Part shown: positions 10,235 through 19,168 of the stretch, one piece after another | Numbering within the stretch: the stretch's first letter is position 1 | Layout: each line of letters begins with the position of its first letter | Assembly (NCBI GenBank): GCA_003221005.1 | Contig: QHTZ01000099.1 | Location: forward strand, 2,829-66,828 | DNA length: 64,000 bases | Source: Gemmatimonadota bacterium | Lineage (GTDB): Bacteria; Gemmatimonadota; Gemmatimonadetes; Gemmatimonadales; GWC2-71-9 | Reading direction: 5' to 3' | Program-made: the position numbers and the translations under genes | The notes under the pieces: model-generated | Seen by the model: only the letters and a program-made list of their open reading frames with translations | Database searches by the model: none | What the model was told of the DNA's origin: nothing

Positions 10235-10936
10235 ATGAACCGGGCGGTGGTTACCCTGTTTGTCTTGTCGCTCTTCGGGAGCGATGGGGCGCGGCCCCGG
10301 GCAGCGACGGCCCAGAGCAACATCCCGGCAGTGAGCCTGCGGCAGACCGCAGCGGCGCTGGCTCGATCGGGGATCGCGCATCGCGACCCGCGGAGCGTGC
10401 TAGCCGCGGCGCAGCTACTGATCGTCGCCGAGCGGCCGTCGCCGGGGTTGGAGCGCGTGACCCCGCAGCGTGCGAGTGTGACCGCGGCCGGATTGCTGCG
10501 CGAGGCGGTTCGGATTGCCGTCGAGCAGCACGACGTCGTGACGGCGAACGCCGCCATGGAGCTCGCCGGGAATGCCAGGGCGGGGCTGGGCGACGCGGCG
10601 CTCGCGAGCGAATTGCGTGCGGCGGCGAGCCTCGGCGCGACGCGGGGCGCGGTCGGCGGCCCCGTCTGGGCCGACGGGGAGCTGGCCCCGGGCACCGAGG
10701 TCGAATACCGGATCACCTTCGAAGGCGACTACCAGCCCAGTCGCCTTGTGGTCACCGCGGGGGACGGGGCGGCCGACCTCGACTGTCACCTCTACGACGG
10801 CTCCCAGCTTGTGGGGAGCGACGCCGGCCACGCCCGGGAGTGCGGGCTCGCGTGGTCGCAACGCTTTACGGGGGTCCTCACCCTCCGCGTGCATAACTCC
10901 GGAGCGGCGACGTACTACGTGCTTGTGAGCAATTAG
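10235..10936 (+). CDS. Secreted protein: helical N-domain, TRG motif, PPC-like C-terminal beta-sandwich
   Basis: Strong RBS (GAGGAGGTGAGG), signal peptide, GDGAADLDCHLYD motif. Confidence 0.75.
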   Translation: MNRAVVTLFVLSLFGSDGARPRAATAQSNIPAVSLRQTAAALARSGIAHRDPRSVLAAAQLLIVAERPSPGLERVTPQRASVTAAGLLREAVRIAVEQHDVVTANAAMELAGNARAGLGDAALASELRAAASLGATRGAVGGPVWADGELAPGTEVEYRITFEGDYQPSRLVVTAGDGAADLDCHLYDGSQLVGSDAGHARECGLAWSQRFTGVLTLRVHNSGAATYYVLVSN

Positions 10937-10960
10937 CCGTGCCGGCTGGCGACTCCAGGA

Positions 10961-11836
10961 CTACGGCCCCGCGGCGACCGCTTCGAGCGCCCCCTGATTC
11001 GGGGGCGCTTGGTATTTGAAGAACCGGTACAACAGCCAGAGATCGAGCGTGCCCACGCCTGCCAGGACCGAGAACGCGGCACCGCCCTCGATCACGTGAA
11101 GCTGCTGTAGCAGCGTCGAAATGCCGAACCCCACGACCCACGCGTCGAAGCTCATGCAGATCCGCCGGAACGTCTCGGGCCGCACCTGACGAATGACCCA
11201 CGTACCGAGCGGGATGCCGATGACGAGACTGGGAAGGATGTAGGGCAGCAGGCCCGCGCTCTCCGTGGAGAACATGCCCGCCAGGTAGTATGCCACGGCG
11301 GTGAAGGTGGATTCCGACAGCCTGACCAGCCCGAGCGCGGCTCGGAAGTCCCGCTTCGCGAGACCCTGGTTGTTCAACATGATCGCGAGGGGCGGTCCGG
11401 AGATTGTCGTCACCGAGTACAGCACCCCCAGGCCGCCGCCGAACGCCAACCCCACACGGCGCTCGGCGCGGATCGGCTTGCGGAACCCCGCGGCCTGGAG
11501 CAGAATCAGCGGCAGCAGCACCACGAACGTCGCCAGCTTCAGCCACCCGGGGTGGACCCGGTGCACCACTGACGTCCCCACGACGACGCCGGGGATCAGC
11601 CCGAGGATCATGGGGGCGACGCGGCGCCACACGTGCGGCACGCTCGACCGATTGACCCAGAGGACGTAGCCGTTGAGCACGACCTCGACCCACACCAGCG
11701 CCGGGTTGAGGATCCGATTGGTGTAAAAGAGCAGCGCCACCGGCACGGTGATCGACGAGAACCCGTAGCCGAGCGCGCCGTTGACGGTGGCCGCGAGCAG
11801 CGTGATGAGGATCAGAGCGAGCGAGGCTGATGTCAT
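10961..11836 (-). CDS. TauE/SafE (TSUP) family permease
   Basis: NGALGYGFS and TTISGPPL motifs; about 8 TM segments. Confidence 0.88.
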   Translation of the reverse strand: MTSASLALILITLLAATVNGALGYGFSSITVPVALLFYTNRILNPALVWVEVVLNGYVLWVNRSSVPHVWRRVAPMILGLIPGVVVGTSVVHRVHPGWLKLATFVVLLPLILLQAAGFRKPIRAERRVGLAFGGGLGVLYSVTTISGPPLAIMLNNQGLAKRDFRAALGLVRLSESTFTAVAYYLAGMFSTESAGLLPYILPSLVIGIPLGTWVIRQVRPETFRRICMSFDAWVVGFGISTLLQQLHVIEGGAAFSVLAGVGTLDLWLLYRFFKYQAPPNQGALEAVAAGP

Positions 11837-11941
11837 GGCTCAGATGCCCCGCCCTGCTGAGCCGCAGTATGCCGTGTACCGCCTGTCATTAGCATCCCTA
11901 TCCCCCGGCTTCGCTGTCCGCTCCGTGTGAGCACGTTCGAC

Positions 11942-11977
11942 AAAAAAGGCCCGGCGCACGCTGGGGTGGCCGGGCCT
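11942..11977 (-). terminator. Intrinsic terminator (attenuator) in the tauE leader
   Basis: Minus strand AGGCCCGGC-CACCCCAGCGTGC-GCCGGGCCT followed by a T run, 105 nt upstream of the tauE ATG. Confidence 0.88.
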
Positions 11978-12013
11978 GGAAGTGCTCAGTGAGTGAAGAG
12001 GCTTAGGGATTCC

Positions 12014-12100
12014 TCATGTCGTCCACTGGCGCGCCGTGGCGTCCGTCCAACCCTGCGGCTGGCGGCGACAACAACACGCGCGACGACACATCACAGTCAT
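12014..12100 (-). CDS. Cys-rich leader peptide MTVMCRRACCCRRQPQGWTDATARQWTT (28 aa)
   Basis: ATG 12100 to TGA 12014. Four Cys codons, all TGT, three consecutive. Lies between the promoter and the terminator. Confidence 0.75.
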   Translation of the reverse strand: MTVMCRRACCCRRQPQGWTDATARQWTT

Positions 12101-12119
12101 GTTCACGTAACGGGCATGG

Positions 12120-12149
12120 AACCTAGACCGACCCGGGGCGCGTTGTCAA
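12120..12149 (-). promoter_or_regulatory. Sigma70-type promoter for the leader-tauE transcript
   Basis: Minus strand TTGACA (12149-12144), 18-nt spacer, TAGGTT (12125-12120). Confidence 0.7.
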
Positions 12150-12211
12150 CCCTGCACGGCGCGGCGCGAGCAGCGGTTGACACACCCGCCGCGCAGAATC
12201 GAGATTCCGCC

Positions 12212-12877
12212 ATGGCCCGCGTCATCTTCTGGGATGTCGATACGCAATACGACTTCATGAGAGCCGAGGGCAAGCTGTACGTGCCGGAGGCCGAAACGCT
12301 CATCCCCAGGCTGAAGCGCCTCACGGATTACGCCCACGGCCACAACATCCGCGTCGTGGCGAGCGCGGACGATCACGTCGCGGGCCACCCCGAAATCTCC
12401 GACACCCCCGACTGGAAGAACACGTTCCCGCCGCATTGCATGCGCGGCACCCCGGGACAGCAGAAGATCCCGGAGACCGCCCTGCGGGACCCTCTCGTTA
12501 TCGAGCCTGCGCGGGCGAATCCGGCCGCCCTGACCGACCGGGTGCGTGCTCACACGGGAGACATCCTGTTCCACAAGCACCGCTTCGACGTCTTCACGAA
12601 TGAGAACGTGATGACCGTGCTCGAGGTGCTCGATCCTCAAGACATCGTGCTCTACGGCGTCGCCCTGGACGTTTGCGACAAGGCGGCGATCGAAGGCTTG
12701 CTGGAGCGGCGTCCCGCGACGCGGCTGTTCGCGGTCACCGATGCGATGAAGCCGATCGACAAGGATGTCGCAGAGCACCTGCTCAAGGAGTGGGGCGAAG
12801 AGGGCGTGCGGCTCGTGAAGACCAAAGAGGTCGTGGAGGAAGGGCTCGTCGCGGAGCTCGCGCGCGCGACCGCATGA
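12212..12877 (+). CDS. pncA: Isochorismatase-family cysteine hydrolase (nicotinamidase-like)
   Basis: WDVDTQYDF, DDH, FPPHC, K...FDVF, GVALDVC catalytic motifs. Confidence 0.8.
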   Translation: MARVIFWDVDTQYDFMRAEGKLYVPEAETLIPRLKRLTDYAHGHNIRVVASADDHVAGHPEISDTPDWKNTFPPHCMRGTPGQQKIPETALRDPLVIEPARANPAALTDRVRAHTGDILFHKHRFDVFTNENVMTVLEVLDPQDIVLYGVALDVCDKAAIEGLLERRPATRLFAVTDAMKPIDKDVAEHLLKEWGEEGVRLVKTKEVVEEGLVAELARATA

Positions 12878-13905
12878 GCGAGCCTGCGTTCGGGCGCTTC
12901 TTTCTTCCGGGTCCCACCGACGTCCATCCCGAAGTCCTGGCCGCGATGCAGCGGCCGATGATCGGCCATCGCTCCGGCGCGATGGAGCAGCTGTTGGCGG
13001 GGATCGCGCCGGGGCTGGCGCGCCTGTTCCGCACCTCCGGCTCCGTCCTCGTCGGCACGGCGTCCGCGACCGGGTTCATGGAGCTCGCGGTCCGGAACGG
13101 CGTGCGGCGCCGCGCCCTGTCGCTCGTGAACGGAGCGTTCAGCGAGCGCTTCGCGCGCATCGTGGGCGCGTGCGGCAAGGAGTGCATTCGCCTAGACGTC
13201 CCCTTGGGCTGCGCGATCGAGGCCGACATGTTGCGCGACGCTCTGCGGCGCACCCCGGTGGACGCCGTGACACTGGTGCATTCCGAGACCTCGACCGGCG
13301 TGCTCCAGGACGTCGAGGCTCTCGCCGCCGCGGCGCGTGAGTTCGACGACGTGCTCTTGCTAGTCGACGCGGTCACGTCGCTCGCCGGATCGCCGGTCGA
13401 GCCCGACCGCTGGGGCCTGGATTTCACGTTCACCGGCTCGCAGAAGGCCCTCGCGCTGCCACCCGGCCTGGCGCTGGGCGTCGCTTCCGAGCGGATGCGC
13501 GCGCGGGCGAAGACCCTGCCGGCGCGAGGGCAGACCAACACGCCCGCTATCTCGCTGTTCTATGCGCTCCAAGTGCAGCTCGCCCGCATCGAGCGGGAGG
13601 GCGGAGTCGAGGCCCGCTGGGCGCGGCACGACGCCATGCGGCGTCGCGTCGAGGAATGGAGCGCGGCGCGGGACGTGGCCTACGTGCCGCGCGAGGGACG
13701 CCGCAGCTGGACGGTGTCGTGCCTCAAGGTTCCAGAGGGCAAGACGGCGCAGGACGTCGTGGCGCCTCTCAAGCAGCAGGGGTGGACGATCGGCGCGGGG
13801 TACGGGGCCCTCAAGGACTCGACGATCCGCATCGGCCACATGGGGGATCACACTGTCGACGGACTCGAGGAGCTTCTGGGCCTGATTCAGCGGTCGCTCT
13901 CATGA
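12874..13905 (+). CDS. Class V PLP aminotransferase (AGAT/serine-pyruvate-like)
   Basis: LPGPT, HSETSTG, VDAVTS, GSQKAL, RIGHMG. ATGA overlap with pncA. Looks shortened at ARG/QTNTP. Confidence 0.9.
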   Translation: MSEPAFGRFFLPGPTDVHPEVLAAMQRPMIGHRSGAMEQLLAGIAPGLARLFRTSGSVLVGTASATGFMELAVRNGVRRRALSLVNGAFSERFARIVGACGKECIRLDVPLGCAIEADMLRDALRRTPVDAVTLVHSETSTGVLQDVEALAAAAREFDDVLLLVDAVTSLAGSPVEPDRWGLDFTFTGSQKALALPPGLALGVASERMRARAKTLPARGQTNTPAISLFYALQVQLARIEREGGVEARWARHDAMRRRVEEWSAARDVAYVPREGRRSWTVSCLKVPEGKTAQDVVAPLKQQGWTIGAGYGALKDSTIRIGHMGDHTVDGLEELLGLIQRSLS

Positions 13906-15455
13906 CGTTTCGCGTCGTCGTCGCCGACCGGGTCGCAGAGGCGGGCCTCAAGCAGCTGAACGATGCGCCCGACATCGAGGTTGCGGCCGTCGCCGGCAAA
14001 CCGCATGAAGTGCTCGAGCGCGAGCTGGCTCAGGCGCACGCACTGATCGTGCGGAGCGAGACACGGGTCACGGCGGACCTGCTGACGCACGCGCCCAACC
14101 TGCGCGTGATCGCCCGGGCGGGCGCCGGCGTGGACAACATCGACGTGCACGCCGCGACCAGGCGGGGCATCGCGGTGATGAACGCGCCGGGCGCCAACAC
14201 AGTGAGTGCGGCCGAGCATGCGATCGCCTTGCTGCTCGCCCTCGTGCGGCGCATTCCTTGGGCCGCCGATGCCATGCGCCGTGGCGAGTGGGACCGCAAA
14301 CGGTTCGAGGGCTCTGAGCTCCGCGCCAAGACGCTGGGGATCGTGGGTCTGGGGCGCATCGGCGGGCACGTCGCCCAGCTCGCCCGCGCCTTCGGGATGC
14401 ACGTGCTGGGACACGATCCCTATCTCGCCGGCGAGCGCGCCCTGGAGCTCGAGGTGAAGCTCGTGGGGCTGGACGAGCTGCTGCGCCACGCCGACGTCGT
14501 CACGCTGCACATGGCGCACACCGATCAGACCCACCGTCTGATCAACGCCGAGCGGCTCCAGTTGATGAAGCCGACGGCCGTGCTCATCAACACGGCGCGC
14601 GGCGACCTGGTGGACGAGGCAGCGCTCGCGACCGCGATCGAGCAGGGGCGGATCGCCGGGGCCGCGATCGACGTGTTCGCGGTCGAGCCGCTCCCCGCGG
14701 ATTCGCCGCTCCGCAAGCTCGACCGCGTGATCTTGACGCCCCATCTCGCGGCCTCGACCACCGAAGCCCAGGAGCGTGTCAGCACCGAGACGTGCGGCGC
14801 CGTGCTGGACGCCCTGCTCCGGGGCGACCTGTCGTTCGCGATCAACGTCCCCGGGATCTCAGGCGACACGCTGCGGCGGCTCGGCCCCGTGCTCGACCTG
14901 GCGCGCCGGCTCGGCCGCCTCGCGCTCGCGCTCGGGGACGGGGCGGTGACGGCGGTCGAGCTCGCCTACGGCGGCGACGACGACGCGGCGCCGCGGCCCG
15001 TCCTCCTCGCCGCGCTCGAGGGGCTGCTCTCGGCGATGGGCGTGGAGCAGGTGAGTCTCGTGAACGCGATGCTCATCGCCGAGGAGCGGGGTATCCGGCA
15101 CGCACGCAAGACCGCTCCCCCGGAGCCCGGATTCGAGACCACGGTAGGCGTGACACTCGAGACGGCGGCAGGGCGGGTGCAGGTGGCGGGCGCGCTCGTG
15201 GGCGACAGCCACGGCCGCGTGATTGTGATCAGGAACCGCGACGTCCCCGGCGTAATCGGCAACGTCGGCACGCTGCTCGGGAAAGCGGGGATCAACATCG
15301 GGAGCTACCACCAGGCGCGACTCGCCGGCCCGGGCCGAGACGCGCTCGCGGCAATTACGGTGGATCAGGCGCTCACGGACAAGGTGCTCGGCGCGCTCGC
15401 ACGGTTACCGGATGTGGTGCAGGTGAGGCTGGCGAATTTGGGGGACGGTAACTGA
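13902..15455 (+). CDS. serA: D-3-phosphoglycerate dehydrogenase (type I with ACT domain)
   Basis: RAGAGVDNID, GLGRIG, INTARG, TPHLAASTTEAQ, ACT motif NRDVPGVIG. Confidence 0.93.
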   Translation: MTFRVVVADRVAEAGLKQLNDAPDIEVAAVAGKPHEVLERELAQAHALIVRSETRVTADLLTHAPNLRVIARAGAGVDNIDVHAATRRGIAVMNAPGANTVSAAEHAIALLLALVRRIPWAADAMRRGEWDRKRFEGSELRAKTLGIVGLGRIGGHVAQLARAFGMHVLGHDPYLAGERALELEVKLVGLDELLRHADVVTLHMAHTDQTHRLINAERLQLMKPTAVLINTARGDLVDEAALATAIEQGRIAGAAIDVFAVEPLPADSPLRKLDRVILTPHLAASTTEAQERVSTETCGAVLDALLRGDLSFAINVPGISGDTLRRLGPVLDLARRLGRLALALGDGAVTAVELAYGGDDDAAPRPVLLAALEGLLSAMGVEQVSLVNAMLIAEERGIRHARKTAPPEPGFETTVGVTLETAAGRVQVAGALVGDSHGRVIVIRNRDVPGVIGNVGTLLGKAGINIGSYHQARLAGPGRDALAAITVDQALTDKVLGALARLPDVVQVRLANLGDGN

Positions 15456-15519
15456 AGGCTCGGTCGCCGATTCCCACGCTTCAGCGTCGGACACGGCGGC
15501 GCGGAGAATCCATCCCGCC

Positions 15520-16212
15520 TCACCGCGTGACGATGAACCAGTCCTGGCTGACCCCGACCATCCAGTGAATGACCGCGATGTACCACACGGAGCCGAGGCT
15601 CAGGCTCACGCGGCCGAACAGCAGTCCCGCCGGGAGGGCGGCGAACGTTTCCGGCAGCGGCCGGCCGAAATGGGCCGTGACTGACAGTGCGGTCTGAATC
15701 GCATTCGCCACGCCTGGTCCCACCCGGCGGGCGAGCCCGAACAGCAACACCCCTCGAAACAGCACTTCCCAAGCAGCGAAGTAGGGCAGCTCAGTCAGCG
15801 CGTAACGCACGAAGCCGCTGGCTGTGACCTGCGGGTCGAGCGGATAGACCGCGCGCACCGCGGCTGAGCCGGCGCCGATCTTCCCCGCGAGCACCGCGAG
15901 CGGAACGCCGACCGCGAGCCACGCGAGCCCCGCCCGCCAGCGGCCCAGCCCCAGCCCCAGCGCGCGCAGCTTGAGCCCCGCGAGCCCACGCGCGGCGGCC
16001 ACGGGCACGAGCCCGAGCACGAGCAGCGACACCGCGAAGTGCCAGGCCGGGTCGAGCGGCCGCGCGGTCAAAGGGGACCAGCCGCGCCCCGCTGACGCCA
16101 CGCCGATCGTGTCGGCGCGTGCGAGGTAGTAGAACGCCACGAGCACCAGGGCCGCGAGGACGACCAGCCACTCGGTGGCGCGCGGGGCCTCGGGGCGCGC
16201 GGGCGCGCTCAT
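15520..16212 (-). CDS. CPBP/Abi (CAAX protease-like) membrane protein
   Basis: WEVLFRG, AHFGRP, IH motifs; multiple TM segments. Confidence 0.85.
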   Translation of the reverse strand: MSAPARPEAPRATEWLVVLAALVLVAFYYLARADTIGVASAGRGWSPLTARPLDPAWHFAVSLLVLGLVPVAAARGLAGLKLRALGLGLGRWRAGLAWLAVGVPLAVLAGKIGAGSAAVRAVYPLDPQVTASGFVRYALTELPYFAAWEVLFRGVLLFGLARRVGPGVANAIQTALSVTAHFGRPLPETFAALPAGLLFGRVSLSLGSVWYIAVIHWMVGVSQDWFIVTR

Positions 16213-17204
16213 GCGGCCTCCCCCGCTCGCTCACGGCGACTAAGCAGCCACCCTACGGTCTCTGCGATCGCCGTCGCGAGTGAGCGCGGGGCATAGCCGA
16301 GTTCGCAGCGCGCCGGCGTGATGTCCACACGCCGATCCTCGAGGAAGACCCGCACCCATCCCGGTGTGATGGGCGCCATGCCGCCCAGCCGACCCCACAG
16401 CTCCGCCATCCGCGCGGCGGCGAGCGCCGCTGCGGGCGGCAACGCCAGGACCTTCCTGTGCACCCCGGTCGCCGCTGCTACGAGCGCCAGAAATACGCGG
16501 AACGATGCGTTCTCGCCGCCGAGCGCATAGTGGGCGCCGCTCGCGCCGCGGGCCGCGGCGAGGAGGATGCCGGCCGCCACATCTTCAGCGTGGACGTAGT
16601 TGGAGAGCACGTCTCCGTCGGCCAGGCGGACGCGGAAGCGACCGGCGAGGTACAGCGCGATCACGCGGCTTACCGCGTTGGCGTCGGTGAGCGGTCCGGG
16701 ACCCATCACGCGCGTGGGATGCACGATGACCGCGCGGCGTCCAGCCGCGGCGTAGGACTCGACCAGGCGCTCGCCGGCGAGCTTCGACGTTTCATAGGGC
16801 GTGGGCAGCTGGCTCGCTCCGTTGATCGGGGCGCGCCGGTACGGCGGCAGCGTGAGCAGCGTGGACACATGCACCAGCCGCTCCACGCCCGAGCGCTGGG
16901 CGGCCTCGAGCAGCACGTCCACGGCGCGGACGTTCACTGCCGTGAACTCGCCGGGCTCGCGACTCCACGCGCGCGCCAGGGCCGCGAGATGCAGCACCGT
17001 GTGCGAGCCCGCCACGGCGCGGCGCAGGGAGGCGTCGTCTCGCAAGTCGCCCCGGATCACCTCCACCCGACCACGGACTGCGGCGTCCAGCAGCTCAGGC
17101 CGCCGCACCAGGACGCGGATCGCCGCACCCGCCGCGAGCAGGCGGCGGATCACGTAGCCCCCGATGAAGCCCGTCGCACCTGTGACGAGCGTGATCTCAT
17201 TCAT
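16209..17204 (-). CDS. NAD-dependent epimerase/dehydratase (extended SDR, HpnA-like)
   Basis: TGATGFIG, HLAAL, YETSK. RBS GGAG before ATG 17204. Confidence 0.9.
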   Translation of the reverse strand: MNEITLVTGATGFIGGYVIRRLLAAGAAIRVLVRRPELLDAAVRGRVEVIRGDLRDDASLRRAVAGSHTVLHLAALARAWSREPGEFTAVNVRAVDVLLEAAQRSGVERLVHVSTLLTLPPYRRAPINGASQLPTPYETSKLAGERLVESYAAAGRRAVIVHPTRVMGPGPLTDANAVSRVIALYLAGRFRVRLADGDVLSNYVHAEDVAAGILLAAARGASGAHYALGGENASFRVFLALVAAATGVHRKVLALPPAAALAAARMAELWGRLGGMAPITPGWVRVFLEDRRVDITPARCELGYAPRSLATAIAETVGWLLSRRERAGEAA

Positions 17205-18139
17205 GGCATACTCTCCGAGAAGCGCGGGACCGCCGGACGCGGAGCCAGTGGCAGCGCGGGCCAGGGAATGCCTGTTGGGCGCCGCCACTGCTGCGTGAGC
17301 GCCGGGACCGTCACCAGCTGCAGCCCCACCCCCCAGACGACGCCGGCGAGCGCGTCTACCGCGAAGTGGTTCTGTGTGTACACGGTGGCGAACACGACCC
17401 CGACCGCCTCGATCGTGAACAGCCACGCCACTGGACGTGCGAACCAGCGCCGCGCGGACCAGGCGATGGCGATGACGCCGGCGACGTGGGAGCTCGGGAA
17501 CGCCGTGCCCCGGGAATCGCCGGCGTGATGGAGGAGGTGGTTCAGCCGGTAGACGAGTCCCTCCGTGACGGCACCTGAGTGGCGCGCCGACGTGTACCCC
17601 GGGCCGTCCACGGGGAACGCGAGGTACACGACGTAGCAGCCCAGGTAGGTGACCAGCAGACGTAACGTCATGTCGCGTAGCGCGTCGCGCCGTCTGGTGA
17701 GCGCGGCCACGAGCGGCGGCCCCAGGACGACGGGGTAATAGGCGAAATAGATCCCCTCCATGATCTCGCTCAGCCACAGGCTGGGCATCCGACGCATCCA
17801 GACTGCGTTCAGATGGACGCCGAAGAGCCTCAGATCGAGCGCCGCCACGAGCGGATCATGCGCCTCCTGGGTCGAAAGCGCGTGCAGCAGCCCCAGCTCC
17901 GTCCAGAAGCCGAATAGCAGCAGCAGCGGATAGAGGTCGAGCACCACCTGCATGGTGGCCGACGGTCCTGCGGCATCCGCCCGGCGCACGAGCGCAGGCA
18001 GGAAAGCGGCGACCACGTGGGCCGCGCAGATGGGTGCGGTAAAGGGAGCCGGCACCCAGCTCGCCCATACCCCGGCGAGCAGCGCGTTGTATCCCGACAC
18101 CACCCAGTCCACCGGCAGCGGGTGACGATCTAGAGCCAT
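17201..18139 (-). CDS. PAP2 / Aur1 (IPC synthase)-like membrane protein
   Basis: FPVDGP, AFPSSHVA, QNHFAVDALAG; about 7 TM segments. Confidence 0.85.
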   Translation of the reverse strand: MALDRHPLPVDWVVSGYNALLAGVWASWVPAPFTAPICAAHVVAAFLPALVRRADAAGPSATMQVVLDLYPLLLLFGFWTELGLLHALSTQEAHDPLVAALDLRLFGVHLNAVWMRRMPSLWLSEIMEGIYFAYYPVVLGPPLVAALTRRRDALRDMTLRLLVTYLGCYVVYLAFPVDGPGYTSARHSGAVTEGLVYRLNHLLHHAGDSRGTAFPSSHVAGVIAIAWSARRWFARPVAWLFTIEAVGVVFATVYTQNHFAVDALAGVVWGVGLQLVTVPALTQQWRRPTGIPWPALPLAPRPAVPRFSESMP

Positions 18140-19110
18140 TGCGCCTCCCGATACCACGCTGCCGTTTCGGCGATCCCACGGGCGGCGGGATACTGCGGCC
18201 GGAAGCCGAACTCGGCCACCGCGCGGCCGGGATCGCACACCCAGCGCTCCTGGGTGATCTCGCGCACGCGCTCGCGGTTCAGGATCGCGGCGCGCGCGCG
18301 CGCGGCGGCGCACAGCTCGGCCCCGATCGCGATCAGCTGGGCGACGGGCCGCGGCACGCTCACGAGGCGAGGCTCGCGCGCGAGCGCGCGGCCCACGAGC
18401 GCGGCAAACGCCCGCCAGCTCACCGGCTCGGGATGCGCCAGGCAGTAGGTGCGACCGATCGCCCGGTTGCTCACCGCGGCCGCGATGAGTCCGTCCACCA
18501 GGTCGCGCACGTAGATCAGGCTGAGCTCCCGGTCCCACGCCCCGATCGTGAGGGCTAGCCCTCGCCGCACGAAGCGGAAGAACTTGAGCACGCCCCGCTC
18601 ACGCGGCCCGTAGACGGAGGGCGGCCGGATGATGGTCGTGGGCACGCGATCCGCGTACGCGTGCGCAACCGCTTCCGCGAGCAGCTTGGAGTGCCCGTAG
18701 TGGGAGATCGGGAAGGGCACGGTGTCGGGCGACAAGAGATCGCCGTTGCGGCACGGACCGATGGCCGCGAGCGAGGACATGACGAGTACTCGCGGCGCGG
18801 CGCCGTTGTGACGCGCGGCGGCCTGCAGCACGCGCGCCGTGCCCTCCGTGTTCACTGCGTAGAAATCGGCGGGGGTCCGGGCTTCCGTCAGGCCCGCGAG
18901 ATGGAACACGACGTCGGCGCCGGCGAGCACGCGCGTCAGCCGTGCCGGCTCCTCGAGTCCGATCTCGTGATAGTCGATCGGGAGGTCCGCGATCCAGCGC
19001 CGCGGCGCGCCCGTCCGCTCGATGCAGGCGACTGCGTCGCCTCGGGCGAGGAGGGTCTCGATCAGATGACTGCCGATGAATCCAGCTCCGCCGGTGACGA
19101 CCGCGCGCAT
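18130..19110 (-). CDS. NAD-dependent epimerase/dehydratase (extended SDR)
   Basis: TGGAGFIG, SSLAA, YGHSK, VYGP. AGGAG RBS. Confidence 0.9.
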   Translation of the reverse strand: MRAVVTGGAGFIGSHLIETLLARGDAVACIERTGAPRRWIADLPIDYHEIGLEEPARLTRVLAGADVVFHLAGLTEARTPADFYAVNTEGTARVLQAAARHNGAAPRVLVMSSLAAIGPCRNGDLLSPDTVPFPISHYGHSKLLAEAVAHAYADRVPTTIIRPPSVYGPRERGVLKFFRFVRRGLALTIGAWDRELSLIYVRDLVDGLIAAAVSNRAIGRTYCLAHPEPVSWRAFAALVGRALAREPRLVSVPRPVAQLIAIGAELCAAARARAAILNRERVREITQERWVCDPGRAVAEFGFRPQYPAARGIAETAAWYREAQWL

Positions 19111-19168
19111 ATGCATCTCCTGTCTTGTGCGCTCGTGGACACGGTCGCACCGCCGGGTCAAGGCCGAG

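Noticed and set aside
11940-12120. SAM riboswitch or T-box in the tauE leader
   Set aside because: No SAM-I core or T-box (GGTGGNACC) consensus seen; the leader-peptide model explains the structure. An Rfam scan would settle it.
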